Origin: an uncultured Gemmatimonadales bacterium
Lineage (GTDB): Bacteria; Gemmatimonadota; Gemmatimonadetes; Gemmatimonadales; Gemmatimonadaceae
Direction of reading: 5' to 3'
Length of the DNA: 64,000 nt
NCBI GenBank assembly: GCA_963850905.1
Contig: CAWKMU010000003.1
Location: 1,536,001-1,600,000, forward strand
Shown here piece by piece: positions 28,254 through 38,232 of this stretch (the first letter of the stretch is position 1; each line of letters opens with the position of its first letter). The notes below the pieces were generated by a model. It worked only from the letters and a program-made list of their open reading frames with translations, searched no databases and was not told the origin of the DNA. The position numbers and the translations under genes are program-made.

Positions 28254-30305
28254 CTACCGCTCGAGCGTAGCGCCACTCATGCACCGAGCCAGCGTTTGGA
28301 TCGTGGTGGTGTTGATGCGTGGAGACCCGAAAGCGCGCGCGACATTCATCGCGGGCTTTCGCGGCCGTAGCACGCGTTGCAACCCCATCCCAAGCCGGGA
28401 GAGCGCCTGCACGGCGACGGTCGGTAGCCAGATCACTCGCAAGTCGGGATTGCGTCGCCGCAGCTCATGCACAAGCTCTCGTCGTGTAGGTAGCACTGGC
28501 GCCACGAGATTCAGCAGCCGCGGGGCTTCGTCGAAATGCGCGGCCATCCAGAGCAGCGTGCGGGCGGCGAACTGGACGTCGACAGCGCCAATAGGATCAC
28601 CAGGCGACCCGACAGCGACGAAGAGGTTGCCAAGACGGCGGCCAAGCCGGCCGGGCGGCTCATACTTCGCGTAGTCTACGAGAGCTCCAGGTCGCACAAT
28701 CGCAACCGCAACACCTAGCTCCTGTCCTAGCTGCTGCACCAGCTTCTCGGATTCGAGTTTGCCCCATACATAGGGACCCGCTTCGCGCGGCTTCGGGTGG
28801 AGGGGGGTCGCCTCTGACAGACCGTCTCGGCTCCTCGCCGACGAAAGCACTGCCATGCTGCTCACGTGAATGAACTGTCGCACGCCGGCGGCGGCGGCGG
28901 CTCGAATCGCGTTTGCGCTCGCATCGATCGAATTCGCTTGATGTTCTCCCCAGCCTCCCGCGGTCTCCGCAGCGCAGTGGATGACGACGCATGCTCCGGC
29001 AAACGCGTCTGCTACAGAGTCTTGGCGGGCGAGGTCCGCAACGACGTATTGCACCCCCGGCTCGCAGTCCCAGCTTGCTGGCAATCGGCGCGCGATAGAC
29101 GCGACGGGCCTGCCTGCCGCGCGAGCGCTTCCCACCACTGCGCGCCCCAACATGCCAGTGCCCCCCGTTACAACAATCGTTGGCTGGCTGGTAGAAGCCG
29201 TCGGTTGGCGGACTCGCTCATCGAGATCGGCGAGGCCGGTGGCGACTTGTTCCCACACTCGAACCGACTGCAAAATGCTGTCGTCGGACATGGGCGCCTC
29301 ATTTTCGCCGCGCGCAGCGTCGTAAAACGCCGAGAATAGCTCGGTCAAGCCCGGGTAATAGCGTTGCCGCGCCAAAACACGGCGGCCCAGTGCAGCCGTT
29401 GTGCCCATGCCGAGCTGCCACGCTAGCTGGTACGGCGCGAGAAGTTTGTCGATTCCGGACGTGCCCGGCCCTATGTGCCGTTGGACCGTGCCACGGACGA
29501 AATCCGCATGCACCGATCCATTGCTACCGACAACTCGGAGATAACTCTCGACCGGACGGCCTTCGAGCGTGACTGTGAGCACTCCTGTCGTGGCGCCTCG
29601 CCGCAGGAGCGAGTGGATGGTCCCACCAGCTCCAATCTCGGTGGCCGCCAATTCTATGGGCCCCGACCCCGCGCGCTCGAGCACAGACAGCAGCAGATAT
29701 ACGGGGTGGGGCAGGATGTCGAGGAGTTGCAGGTCGGGGCGGAGAGGCAATCGTCCGTCGGGCGTACGTCGGACCGGCCGGAATGAGAAGTAACTCTCAA
29801 TGTGGCTGATCGTGCCGAGGGCCGGAAGTAACTCCCGGAGGCGACGTGCAGGCGCTTCATACAGCAGCTGATGTCCTGCACACATGATGAGGCCATGCGC
29901 TCGCGCCCTCGAGAAGAGGGCTCTCGCTTCGGCGACCGTCGGCGCGAACGGTTTCTCGATGTACGTGTGGCATCCTGCATCGAGGGCCAACCTACCGAGC
30001 GCCGCGTGCGTTTGAGGCGGAGTAACGATGTGGACAACGTCAGGTCGAAGCGATTCGAGCAGAGCGTCTAAACCCGTGAAGACCTCCGCGGCCGGTGCGA
30101 TCTCCTTCATGGCCGCGACCATTTTCGGATCTGGCTCGGCGACTCCGACGACCGTGGCGTCCGGGGCCAACCGGGTGACGGCGCGCGCGTGGTGCTGCGC
30201 CATCTTGCCGCCGCCTGCGATCGCGATACGCAATCCGCGGCCCTTCGGGACGATGCGAAGACTGTCTGTCTTTCCTACGGACACGATCTGCGAGATGGCG
30301 CTCAC
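28254..30305 (-). CDS. Fusion: Gfo/Idh/MocA oxidoreductase + NAD-dependent epimerase/dehydratase
   Basis: IAGGGKMA, HIVTPPQTH, YIEKPF, DILPHP; second Rossmann fold VTGGTGMLG, HVSS, YVWGK (YxxxK), RPG. Confidence 0.85.
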   Translation of the reverse strand: MSAISQIVSVGKTDSLRIVPKGRGLRIAIAGGGKMAQHHARAVTRLAPDATVVGVAEPDPKMVAAMKEIAPAAEVFTGLDALLESLRPDVVHIVTPPQTHAALGRLALDAGCHTYIEKPFAPTVAEARALFSRARAHGLIMCAGHQLLYEAPARRLRELLPALGTISHIESYFSFRPVRRTPDGRLPLRPDLQLLDILPHPVYLLLSVLERAGSGPIELAATEIGAGGTIHSLLRRGATTGVLTVTLEGRPVESYLRVVGSNGSVHADFVRGTVQRHIGPGTSGIDKLLAPYQLAWQLGMGTTAALGRRVLARQRYYPGLTELFSAFYDAARGENEAPMSDDSILQSVRVWEQVATGLADLDERVRQPTASTSQPTIVVTGGTGMLGRAVVGSARAAGRPVASIARRLPASWDCEPGVQYVVADLARQDSVADAFAGACVVIHCAAETAGGWGEHQANSIDASANAIRAAAAAGVRQFIHVSSMAVLSSARSRDGLSEATPLHPKPREAGPYVWGKLESEKLVQQLGQELGVAVAIVRPGALVDYAKYEPPGRLGRRLGNLFVAVGSPGDPIGAVDVQFAARTLLWMAAHFDEAPRLLNLVAPVLPTRRELVHELRRRNPDLRVIWLPTVAVQALSRLGMGLQRVLRPRKPAMNVARAFGSPRINTTTIQTLARCMSGATLER

Positions 30306-30424
30306 AATCGAAGATTGGCTGGCTAGAGTACGATATCAAGTGCCGCAACCCGGTGAAGCGGCGTTGTGACACGGCGGTAAGTTGGGGGTGTGTGCCGGAC
30401 GCCGGCACACGCCCACCTTGGCTG

Positions 30425-30440
30425 CGCAAGGGACGCGCCG
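30425..30440 (-). promoter_or_regulatory. Putative sigma54 promoter
   Basis: Minus strand CGGCGCGTCCCTTGCG, about 50 bp from the palindrome at 30490. Confidence 0.55.
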
Positions 30441-30489
30441 TCGGGTTGAAGTCTTGAATGCTGGACGAACGATATCGGCCGTTGGCACC

Positions 30490-30507
30490 TGTCGGATCTG
30501 CGCGACA
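30490..30507. promoter_or_regulatory. Enhancer-like palindrome (one mismatch)
   Basis: TGTCGG ATCTGC GCGACA in the divergent intergenic region. Confidence 0.5.
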
Positions 30508-30551
30508 GTCGATTGTTTGTAGGCCTGGCGGCTGACTATCCATCCAAGCGA

Positions 30552-31505
30552 ATGAATAGCGCTCGAAGGCTGGTGGAAGGAGGGCTGGTTTGGTGCGGCG
30601 TCGACCGGTGGGCGGTCCACCGGCGGCGGCGCGGGCAGGTCATCGTGCTCGCCTATCACAACATCATCCCCGACGATGTCCCCGCCGCGGGTGACCGATC
30701 GCTGCACCTGCGGCGCAGCCGCTTCGCCGAGCAACTCGACGTGCTGCTCGACTCTTACGACGTGATTCCGTTGCCGGACATCTTCTCGGACCGACCGCGG
30801 GACGCGCGTCCGGCCGTGGCGATCACCTTCGACAATGCGTACCACGGTGCGCTGACGCTCGGCGCCATGGAGTTGCAGGTTCGCCAGCTGCCAGCCACAA
30901 TGTTCGCAGCCCCAGGACTTCTCGGCGGCGACAGCTTCTGGTGGGACGCGCTTGCCGGCGCCGCCGACCTGAGTACTGGCGACCGGGAGTACGCGCTGGG
31001 GGAATTGCGTGGTGATGGGGCCGCCGTACGCGCCTGGGCAGCGCGCGCGGGGCGGCCCTGGCAAGAGATGCCGGCGTGGGGTCGTCCCGGCACTGAATCT
31101 GAGCTTGCCGCATGGGCGATGGTCGACTCATTCGCCGTTGGGGTCCACACATGGCGCCACGCGAATCTCTCGCGTTTGGCAGCGACCGAGCTCTCACACG
31201 AGCTCGCAAAGCCATTGGAGTGGCTCCGTAACCGATTCGGCAAACGGGTGCTGCCGTGGCTCACGTATCCATACGGCGTGTCAACGTCCGCCAGCGCCAC
31301 CGCTGCGAAGGCGCTCGGCTACAATGCGGCTCTCGCCGTCTCAGGCGGGTGGCTTCCCCCCCGGATTACGGATCCATACCTGCTCCCGCGGCTGAATATT
31401 CCGGCAGGATTGACAGCCAATGGCTTCAGGCTGCGGCTGGCGGGAATCGTTGGCAGCCCTGTTGCGCCGACGCTACACTCGGATCGGCCCGCTCCGGCGC
31501 CTTAA
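30552..31505 (+). CDS. Polysaccharide deacetylase (CE4)
   Basis: VLAYH, AITFDNAY, FWWD, GVHTWRH, YPYG, LPRLNI. Confidence 0.85.
   Translation: MNSARRLVEGGLVWCGVDRWAVHRRRRGQVIVLAYHNIIPDDVPAAGDRSLHLRRSRFAEQLDVLLDSYDVIPLPDIFSDRPRDARPAVAITFDNAYHGALTLGAMELQVRQLPATMFAAPGLLGGDSFWWDALAGAADLSTGDREYALGELRGDGAAVRAWAARAGRPWQEMPAWGRPGTESELAAWAMVDSFAVGVHTWRHANLSRLAATELSHELAKPLEWLRNRFGKRVLPWLTYPYGVSTSASATAAKALGYNAALAVSGGWLPPRITDPYLLPRLNIPAGLTANGFRLRLAGIVGSPVAPTLHSDRPAPAP
31460..31477. promoter_or_regulatory. Enhancer-like palindrome inside the deacetylase 3' end
   Basis: TGTTGC GCCGAC GCTACA, followed by IHF-like 31509-31521 and a sigma54-type promoter at 31559. Confidence 0.6.
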
Positions 31506-31558
31506 TCGTAAATACTTGTTGCATAAAGACTTACATGGCAATATGTTGAGAGGGGTCG

Positions 31559-31574
31559 GGGCCGTTTCCTTGCA
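31559..31574 (+). promoter_or_regulatory. Putative sigma54 promoter of the polymerase/ligase operon
   Basis: GGGCCGTTTCCTTGCA. Confidence 0.6.
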
Positions 31575-31589
31575 CGCTGGAAAGGGCAC

Positions 31590-32996
31590 ATGAGAGCAGC
31601 GCCAAGTACCGTCTCCCGGCCAGTGCCGCCGGGCGCGAGGCCGCTTGCCGGTCGCCGCCCCGCCGCCGTGCGCCTGCTGCCCAAAGGTCCGCTGACCGTG
31701 CCCCGCGATCCCTTTCACCTCGCGGTGCTCACCCTCGTGCTGCTGAACATCAGCCGCATGCATAAGCAGTTCCCGATGGTGAAGGCGATGCGGCCGGAGC
31801 TCGTCCTGACCATCGTGTGTGTCGGTCTTGCGTACGCCAAGCCCGCGTTCCTCTCGAAGCGGCACTTGCTGGAGACGTGGCCAGCGCGTGGAGTCGCGAT
31901 CTTCGGTGTTCTGGCCGTCCTGTCGACGTTCTTCGGCATCTCGCTGGGCCACTCGGCTGTTTTCATTCTCAACAATTACGTGAAGACGATCATCTTCACG
32001 TTTCTCGTCATCGCGTCAGTCCGGTCCGCCCGAGATCTCTATTCCCTCGTGTGGGCCGGTGTGCTGAGCGCCGGCTGGCTGGCGTATGTCTCTCTCTTTG
32101 TGTTCAAGTTGTCGTCGTACCAGAACTACCAACGACTGGCGAACCTCGACACGTACGACGCCAACGACGTCGGACTCGTCATGCTCGTTGGCCTCGCGCT
32201 CGCACTGCTCGCCTTTCAAACGAGCCGCCAGATCGGCAAAGCCGTCTGCGCATTTGTGCTGGTCGGCGTCGGCGCGACGATTGCGAGATCGGGGTCGCGC
32301 GGTGCGTTCGTCGGCCTCATTGCATTCGGCGCCGGTCTGATCCTGCTCGCGAATCGCGTTTCGATCGTCAAGCGAATCGGCTTCGTGGTGGCGATCGTGC
32401 TCGGCATGATCATCTACGCGCCGCCTGGCTACTGGCAGCAGATGCAAACGATCGAGAATCCGAAGGCGGACTACAACTGGAGCACCGTCAATGGGCGGCG
32501 GCAAGTGGCCCTCCGCGGCCTCGGGTACATGTTGCACTACCCGATTTTTGGCGTCGGCATCAATAACTTCGCAAAGGCGGAGTGTGAGATCTCCGACAAA
32601 GCCAAGACGCACGTCGAAGGCACGGGCATTCGGTGCACGCCGCCCCACAATGCCTACATCGAGGCGGCGGCCGAGACGGGCATTCCGGGGGGGATCCTCT
32701 GGATCGTGATGGTGCCAGGCGGCGTCGTGTGGCTCGCGCGACTTCGCCGCAAGATCCCTCCGAGCTGGGCAAACGGGGACCAGGAGCAACGATTCCTCTA
32801 TCTGTGCACGCTTTACTTCGCGGTGCTCCTCGTTGGCTATGCCGCCGGATCCTTCTTTCTTTCGTTCACGTGGTACGACGTCTCGTATTACATCTTCGCG
32901 ATGCTCGCTGGACTGCAGGTCTCCATCACCGAAAAGTTGCGTCGGTCTCAGCCCATAGCTGTCAATGACGTCCGTCTTGGTGAGCGACGGCGATGA
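31590..32996 (+). CDS. O-antigen ligase/Wzy polymerase family membrane protein
   Basis: Multi-TM; DANDVG, SGSRGAF, GR...P.FGVG..NF, PHNAY. Confidence 0.85.
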   Translation: MRAAPSTVSRPVPPGARPLAGRRPAAVRLLPKGPLTVPRDPFHLAVLTLVLLNISRMHKQFPMVKAMRPELVLTIVCVGLAYAKPAFLSKRHLLETWPARGVAIFGVLAVLSTFFGISLGHSAVFILNNYVKTIIFTFLVIASVRSARDLYSLVWAGVLSAGWLAYVSLFVFKLSSYQNYQRLANLDTYDANDVGLVMLVGLALALLAFQTSRQIGKAVCAFVLVGVGATIARSGSRGAFVGLIAFGAGLILLANRVSIVKRIGFVVAIVLGMIIYAPPGYWQQMQTIENPKADYNWSTVNGRRQVALRGLGYMLHYPIFGVGINNFAKAECEISDKAKTHVEGTGIRCTPPHNAYIEAAAETGIPGGILWIVMVPGGVVWLARLRRKIPPSWANGDQEQRFLYLCTLYFAVLLVGYAAGSFFLSFTWYDVSYYIFAMLAGLQVSITEKLRRSQPIAVNDVRLGERRR

Positions 32997-34152
32997 GCGA
33001 GCTGCCCTCGCCGTCGTCCGGTCCTTAGGCCGCGCTGGTTTCGAGGTGCACGTGTGCGGCCGACGGCGGCGCACGCTGGCGGGTGTGTCGCGCCAAGCCA
33101 CGCATGCCTTCGTCGCGCCCGATCCGTTGCGGCAACCCCGCGACTTCAGCGACACGCTCGTGTCGTATGTCGAGACGCGAGGCATCGATGTCGTCTTACC
33201 TGTTACTGAGCCCGCCTTGCTCGCCGTGCTCGGTGATCGCACACGGTTCGGGCGAGCACGGATCCCCTTTCCACCGATCGACACGTTTCTCACCGCGAAT
33301 GACAAGCAAGCACTGAGCGCCATGGCGCCAGCGCTCGGCATCAATGTGCCACGGCAGTGGGACATTTTGACTCCAGAGGGCCTCGCACGTCTCGAGACAA
33401 CCACGTTGCCGTATCCGGTCGTGATCAAGCCGGCGCGATCGGTCGGTGAGCGTGACGGGATCCGCTCGAAACACACCGTGCGATACGCCAGAGACGCTGC
33501 AGAGCTGCGGACCCGCATCGCCGACATGCCCACAGCCGCCTACCCGTTGCTGATCCAACAGCGGGTAACCGGGCCGGGGTGCGGCGTCTTCCTGCTACGG
33601 TGGGATGGCGTGACCATCGCATCTTTTGCACATCGGCGCATTCGCGAGAAACCACCGGCGGGCGGCGTCAGTGTGTACGCGGAGGCGGTTGCGCTCGATT
33701 CGGGGCTGATGGCGCAATCGGAGCGGCTACTGGATGCGCTCAACTGGCGCGGAGTGGCGATGGTCGAGTACAAGCTCGATGCGGCCACGGGGACGACGTA
33801 CCTGATGGAAATCAACGGGCGGTTCTGGGGATCGCTGCAGCTCGCGATCGACGCCGGTGTCGATTTCCCGCAGCTGCTCGTACGGTGCGCCCTGGGAGAA
33901 CCCGTCGCGGCCAAGTCCAGCTATCGCGTTGGTACACGGGGCCGATGGTGGTGGGGCGAGGTCGACCATGTCCTGGCGCGGCTCCGTCGCACCAATGCAG
34001 AACTGGCGCTGCCGCCTGGAGCTCCGACTCGGGCGTCGGTCGTCGCCGATTTCCTCGCGCGCTGGCGGCTGCACGAGCGTGACGCGGTCTTTCGGTTCGA
34101 CGATCCCATGCCGTTCTTGAACGAGTCGGCACGGTGGTTCCGGGGACAGTGA
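32965..34152 (+). CDS. ATP-grasp ligase (carboxylate-amine ligase type)
   Basis: ALAVVRSLGRAG, YPVVIKP, LIQQRV, HRRIREKPPAGGVS, MVEYK, LMEINGRFWGSLQLA. Confidence 0.88.
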   Translation: MTSVLVSDGDERAALAVVRSLGRAGFEVHVCGRRRRTLAGVSRQATHAFVAPDPLRQPRDFSDTLVSYVETRGIDVVLPVTEPALLAVLGDRTRFGRARIPFPPIDTFLTANDKQALSAMAPALGINVPRQWDILTPEGLARLETTTLPYPVVIKPARSVGERDGIRSKHTVRYARDAAELRTRIADMPTAAYPLLIQQRVTGPGCGVFLLRWDGVTIASFAHRRIREKPPAGGVSVYAEAVALDSGLMAQSERLLDALNWRGVAMVEYKLDAATGTTYLMEINGRFWGSLQLAIDAGVDFPQLLVRCALGEPVAAKSSYRVGTRGRWWWGEVDHVLARLRRTNAELALPPGAPTRASVVADFLARWRLHERDAVFRFDDPMPFLNESARWFRGQ

Positions 34153-34946
34153 TGCCGCCGAGAGCGATCGGTCTCGCCGGGGCGGTCCATGTCCACAGCT
34201 CGTACTCGCGCGATGGGCAGGACCCGCTCGACAGGATCCGGGATCGCGCAGTCGCTGCTGGCATTCGATTCATTGGCATGACGGATCACGCCGAGGACTT
34301 CGACGCCGGCCGGTTCGCCGAGTATCGCGCGGCGTGTAACGCGGTGTCCGATGATCGCGTCACGCTGATCCCCGGGCTCGAGTTTCGGTTTGCGAAACAC
34401 CGAGGACTGCACTTGCTGGCGTGCGGTCTCGATCGTTGGGTAGAGCCTCCGGCCACGCTGGAAGGTTTTGCCGAGGAGGTCGCCGATGCGGCTCGTCTGA
34501 CGATTCTGGCGCACCCCATCTTGACCGCGTATCGCGTGCCCGGGATCGTTCGCGACTGCATCGACGCTGTCGAAGTCTGGAATGCGTCCTACAACACACG
34601 CTATCTGCCCGACCCACGCGCGATCGCGCTGTTGCACGTCGTCCAGCGATCGCGCCCCGCAGTCGTCGGCGTCGCGGGGCTGGACCAGCATGATGCCAGC
34701 AACGACCGTCGGACCCGCGTGGTCTTGACGGATCAACGTGATCTGGCCGACCCACTCGTTGCCATTCGCGAAGGCCGGTTTCGGAATCATGGCCAGACGA
34801 TGTCCTTCGCTGCAAATGCCGAGCTGTCGGGGGTGATGTTGTTCGGCCTGATGGCGGTCCGCGCGGTCTTCGATCGGGTCGAGCGCACGCAGGAGCGTGT
34901 GACACGTGCGTGGCGCCGGCGGAATGCGCGCCCGGTGAGACACTAG
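34152..34946 (+). CDS. PHP-domain metallo-phosphoesterase-like protein
   Basis: HVHSSYSRDG, MTDH, PGLE, HLL, AHP, EVWN, GLDQH. Confidence 0.8.
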   Translation: MPPRAIGLAGAVHVHSSYSRDGQDPLDRIRDRAVAAGIRFIGMTDHAEDFDAGRFAEYRAACNAVSDDRVTLIPGLEFRFAKHRGLHLLACGLDRWVEPPATLEGFAEEVADAARLTILAHPILTAYRVPGIVRDCIDAVEVWNASYNTRYLPDPRAIALLHVVQRSRPAVVGVAGLDQHDASNDRRTRVVLTDQRDLADPLVAIREGRFRNHGQTMSFAANAELSGVMLFGLMAVRAVFDRVERTQERVTRAWRRRNARPVRH

Positions 34947-34948
34947 CT

Positions 34949-36016
34949 GTGTCCCGCGACACGGACTCGGCGACGCCCAGCATCTCGGTGGTGATACCGA
35001 CTTACAACCGAGGAGCATTGCTGCCTCGGGCGATTGCATCCGCGCTCGAGCAAACCTGTTCGCCGTCCGAGGTGATCGTTGTAGACGATGGCTCGTCTGA
35101 CGACACACCTCAGCGTTGCGGGGAGTGGGGCGATCGCATTCGATATCTGCGCACTCCCAACGGTGGTGTCGCGGCGGCGCGGAACGCCGGGATTGCGCAG
35201 GCACGTGGCGATTGGATTGCGCTTCTCGACTCGGACGACTGGTGGGAGCCGACGAAGCTGGAAGTCCAGATGGCGGCGCACCGAGCGAACTCGGCGGCCG
35301 CATGGTCTGTCACGGGATGCGTGATCGTCGATGGTACCGGTCACGCTCGCGACGGTCTACAAAGCTTCGCAGGCGCGTTCCCTGTGTTCGGGGAGACTGG
35401 TTGCGAACCCGAGGAGTTGTTCATCAAGCACCTGCAGGCCTTCACGGTCACCGCCGCCGGCGCCGAGCATGCCTGCTTTCAGGGCGATCTGTTCGGTCTC
35501 CTTTTTCTCGGCAACGTTGCGCTGCCTTCATCGGCGTTGATCAGGCGAGCGTTTTTCACGCAAATCGGTGGCTTTGATGCGTCGTTGCGACTGGCCGAGG
35601 AGACAGAGTTCTTCCACCGCGCGGCCGCGCATTCACCGGCCCTGGTGGTGATGTCGAGACTGGTCCGCTATCGTATGGCGAGTAATGACTCGCTCACCGC
35701 GGGGCGCAACGTCGACCGGCTCACGGAAATCGCGCTTCGCAGCCTCGATGCGGCGGCCACCCGTCGGCCGATGCATGCTGCCTATCGCGAGGCGCACGCC
35801 ACTGGCCGACGCAACCTGCTGCTCCGACTGGCGTACGCGCAGCTCAGCGAGCGGGACGGGACCGCGGTGCGAAAGACCTTGCGCCGCCTTCGTGAGTCTG
35901 ACGTGCCGATCGGGCGTCGGGGCGCCGCGATGTGGGCCGCGAGCCTCCTGCCGCCGACCGCGCTAGGCGCGCTCCACGGGGGCAAACGCCTCTTGCGGCG
36001 CGTGACCCGTCGATGA
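34949..36016 (+). CDS. GT2 glycosyltransferase
   Basis: SVVIPTYNR, VVDDGSSD, NGGVAAARN, LLDSDD. Confidence 0.9.
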   Translation: MSRDTDSATPSISVVIPTYNRGALLPRAIASALEQTCSPSEVIVVDDGSSDDTPQRCGEWGDRIRYLRTPNGGVAAARNAGIAQARGDWIALLDSDDWWEPTKLEVQMAAHRANSAAAWSVTGCVIVDGTGHARDGLQSFAGAFPVFGETGCEPEELFIKHLQAFTVTAAGAEHACFQGDLFGLLFLGNVALPSSALIRRAFFTQIGGFDASLRLAEETEFFHRAAAHSPALVVMSRLVRYRMASNDSLTAGRNVDRLTEIALRSLDAAATRRPMHAAYREAHATGRRNLLLRLAYAQLSERDGTAVRKTLRRLRESDVPIGRRGAAMWAASLLPPTALGALHGGKRLLRRVTRR

Positions 36017-37185
36017 CGACGCCAGTCGCGCGCAAACTCGTTGTTGCACAGATGCTCGAGTCGGACGGTCCGGGGGGGGCCGAGATGGTCGTACTCCGAC
36101 TGGCCGAGGCGTTGCGAGCCAGAGGACACGAGGTCGTACCAGTAGGCCCGGCGACCGGGTGCGGGTGGCTCGCCGAGAAGTTTCGGGAACGCGGGTTCCA
36201 GCCTGAGCAGTTTCTGCTGCGTCGGCCGTTGGATTGGCGGTGTGCGCGAGGCATGGCCGCGATGCTCAGGCGCCGGCACGTTGACGTCATCCACAGCCAC
36301 GAGTTCACCATGGCGGTGTATGGCGCGGCGACCGCGAGTTGGCTGCGCCGGCCACACATCACGACAATGCATGGCAACCAGGTAATGACGACCCGCTGGC
36401 GACGTCGGGTGTCATTGCGCGCCGCATTTCGGTTGAGCGACGCCGTTGTCGCTGTGTCTCAGGACACCAAGCGTTTTCTGGACGAGCAGCTGGGGCTTCG
36501 TCCGGGCGTGCTGCGCGTTATCCCCAACGGCGTCCCGCCCTCCACGGGTGATCGGCCACGACTGCGTCGCGAGTTGCGGATTGCCCCTGACGAGCTGCTC
36601 GTGCTCGCGACCGGTAGCCTGGTTCCACGGAAGGGGCACGCAGTGCTCATTCGCGCGCTGGCCGCACTTCCTGCAGAGGGCGCGTCCTGGCGACTGGCGA
36701 TCGCCGGCAACGGTGCCGAGAGAGCTGCGTTAGAGTCGCTCTGCCGGGAGATGGACGTCACCGACAGAGTACACATGCTTGGCCATCGGGATGATGTTGG
36801 CGACCTGCTGGCGGCCGCCGACATTTTTGCGATGCCGTCGCTCTGGGAGGGGTTGCCTCTGGCATTGCTGGAGGCCATGCGCGCGGGCAAGGCGATCGTC
36901 GCGTCGGCGACGTCGGGGATCCCGGAAGCCGTTGCCGACGACGTCGACGGTCTGCTCACGCCGCCCGGAGACGTCGGGAAGTTGACTGCGGCGCTCGAGC
37001 GGTTGCGGGCGCAGCCGGCCCTGAGGCAACGCTTGGCGAATGCCGCCTCGACGCGTGCGCTGACTGACTTCTCAATTGAGACGATGACGGCCGCCTACGA
37101 ACAGCTGTACGTGGCGTCGCTCCTCAGTCCTTCCGAGCTAGGAGTTGTGGCTCGGGAACGCGGCGGTCTCGCGGCCTCGCATTAG
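36013..37185 (+). CDS. GT4 glycosyltransferase
   Basis: GGAE, HSH, IPNGV, RKGH, PSLWEGLPLALLEAM. Confidence 0.9.
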   Translation: MTTPVARKLVVAQMLESDGPGGAEMVVLRLAEALRARGHEVVPVGPATGCGWLAEKFRERGFQPEQFLLRRPLDWRCARGMAAMLRRRHVDVIHSHEFTMAVYGAATASWLRRPHITTMHGNQVMTTRWRRRVSLRAAFRLSDAVVAVSQDTKRFLDEQLGLRPGVLRVIPNGVPPSTGDRPRLRRELRIAPDELLVLATGSLVPRKGHAVLIRALAALPAEGASWRLAIAGNGAERAALESLCREMDVTDRVHMLGHRDDVGDLLAAADIFAMPSLWEGLPLALLEAMRAGKAIVASATSGIPEAVADDVDGLLTPPGDVGKLTAALERLRAQPALRQRLANAASTRALTDFSIETMTAAYEQLYVASLLSPSELGVVARERGGLAASH

Positions 37186-38181
37186 TGCGAGGAGCGCCGC
37201 GAAGGGCGCGAGGAGTAAGCGCGTAACCGCGCGGAGACGGACGTCTGGATAGTAGAGCGCGTGGTAATAGGCCTTGCACGCCAACCCTGACTTGCCGGCG
37301 CGGAAGAAATGGTATCCCGCTCCGAGCCACGCCCTCCCGAGTCGACGTCGCAGCACGTCCCGCCGTGGCGGGCTGGTCGTCAAAGGCAAGGTGCGAGTGA
37401 GCGCATCGATGTCTGGCAGGAGCTTCGCATCCGCCCGGCGATAGCTGTTCTGCGCGTGGCGCCGGACCTCGACGAGTGGCTCATCAATGTATGCGCCGTT
37501 TGCGACGCGATACGTGTTCAATACGTAGAAAAGGTCTTGACTGAGCCTCATGTCCGCCGGAAACTCGAGCCCGCGCACCAACTCGGTGCGCGCGAGCATC
37601 GTCTGGGTCCAGCATGGGAGCTGAGACAACGGCACCAGGTTGCAAAAAGTGTCGCCGGCAATGACATGGCCGCCGCCCGCGCGCGATGGCCGACTGGGCA
37701 GCGTTGCCAGCTCCGGCACCAGGTCGAATTGCGTCTCCGTGTGAAAGCCTCCGTCGTCGAAGCGGACGAAATTCGTGAAGACGAAACCGACATCGGGTTC
37801 GCTCTCGAGGAGTGCGATTTGCCGAGCCAATTTGCCCGGGCGCCATCGATCGTCGGCATCGAGAAATGCGATATGCCGTCCACGCGCCAATGACAGGCCG
37901 TGGTTGCGAGCCGCGCCGACTCCGCCGTGTGGCAGGCGCTCAGTGCGCAGTCTCGGATCGGTCATGCGTGCCAGGCGCTCGGCCGTATCGTCGATCGACC
38001 CATCGTCGACGATGATGACTTCGACCCCGGGGACGTCCTGATCGAGCACGCTCGCCACTGCGTCTTCGATGACGTGCCCGAAGTTGTACGTCGGGATGAT
38101 GACGCTGACGGTCGGTGTGGCGGGCCGAGCCGATCGGCTATACGCTGCCGTTGCCGGTAATCGAGCCGTTGGGTCGGTCAT
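37138..38181 (-). CDS. GT2 glycosyltransferase
   Basis: SVIIPTYN, IVDDGS, AARN, FLDADD. Confidence 0.9.
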   Translation of the reverse strand: MTDPTARLPATAAYSRSARPATPTVSVIIPTYNFGHVIEDAVASVLDQDVPGVEVIIVDDGSIDDTAERLARMTDPRLRTERLPHGGVGAARNHGLSLARGRHIAFLDADDRWRPGKLARQIALLESEPDVGFVFTNFVRFDDGGFHTETQFDLVPELATLPSRPSRAGGGHVIAGDTFCNLVPLSQLPCWTQTMLARTELVRGLEFPADMRLSQDLFYVLNTYRVANGAYIDEPLVEVRRHAQNSYRRADAKLLPDIDALTRTLPLTTSPPRRDVLRRRLGRAWLGAGYHFFRAGKSGLACKAYYHALYYPDVRLRAVTRLLLAPFAALLALMRGRETAAFPSHNS

Positions 38182-38232
38182 CGTCGCACCGGTGGACCGC
38201 CAGTGTGAGAATCTTCTGGTTGCCGCGGGCCA

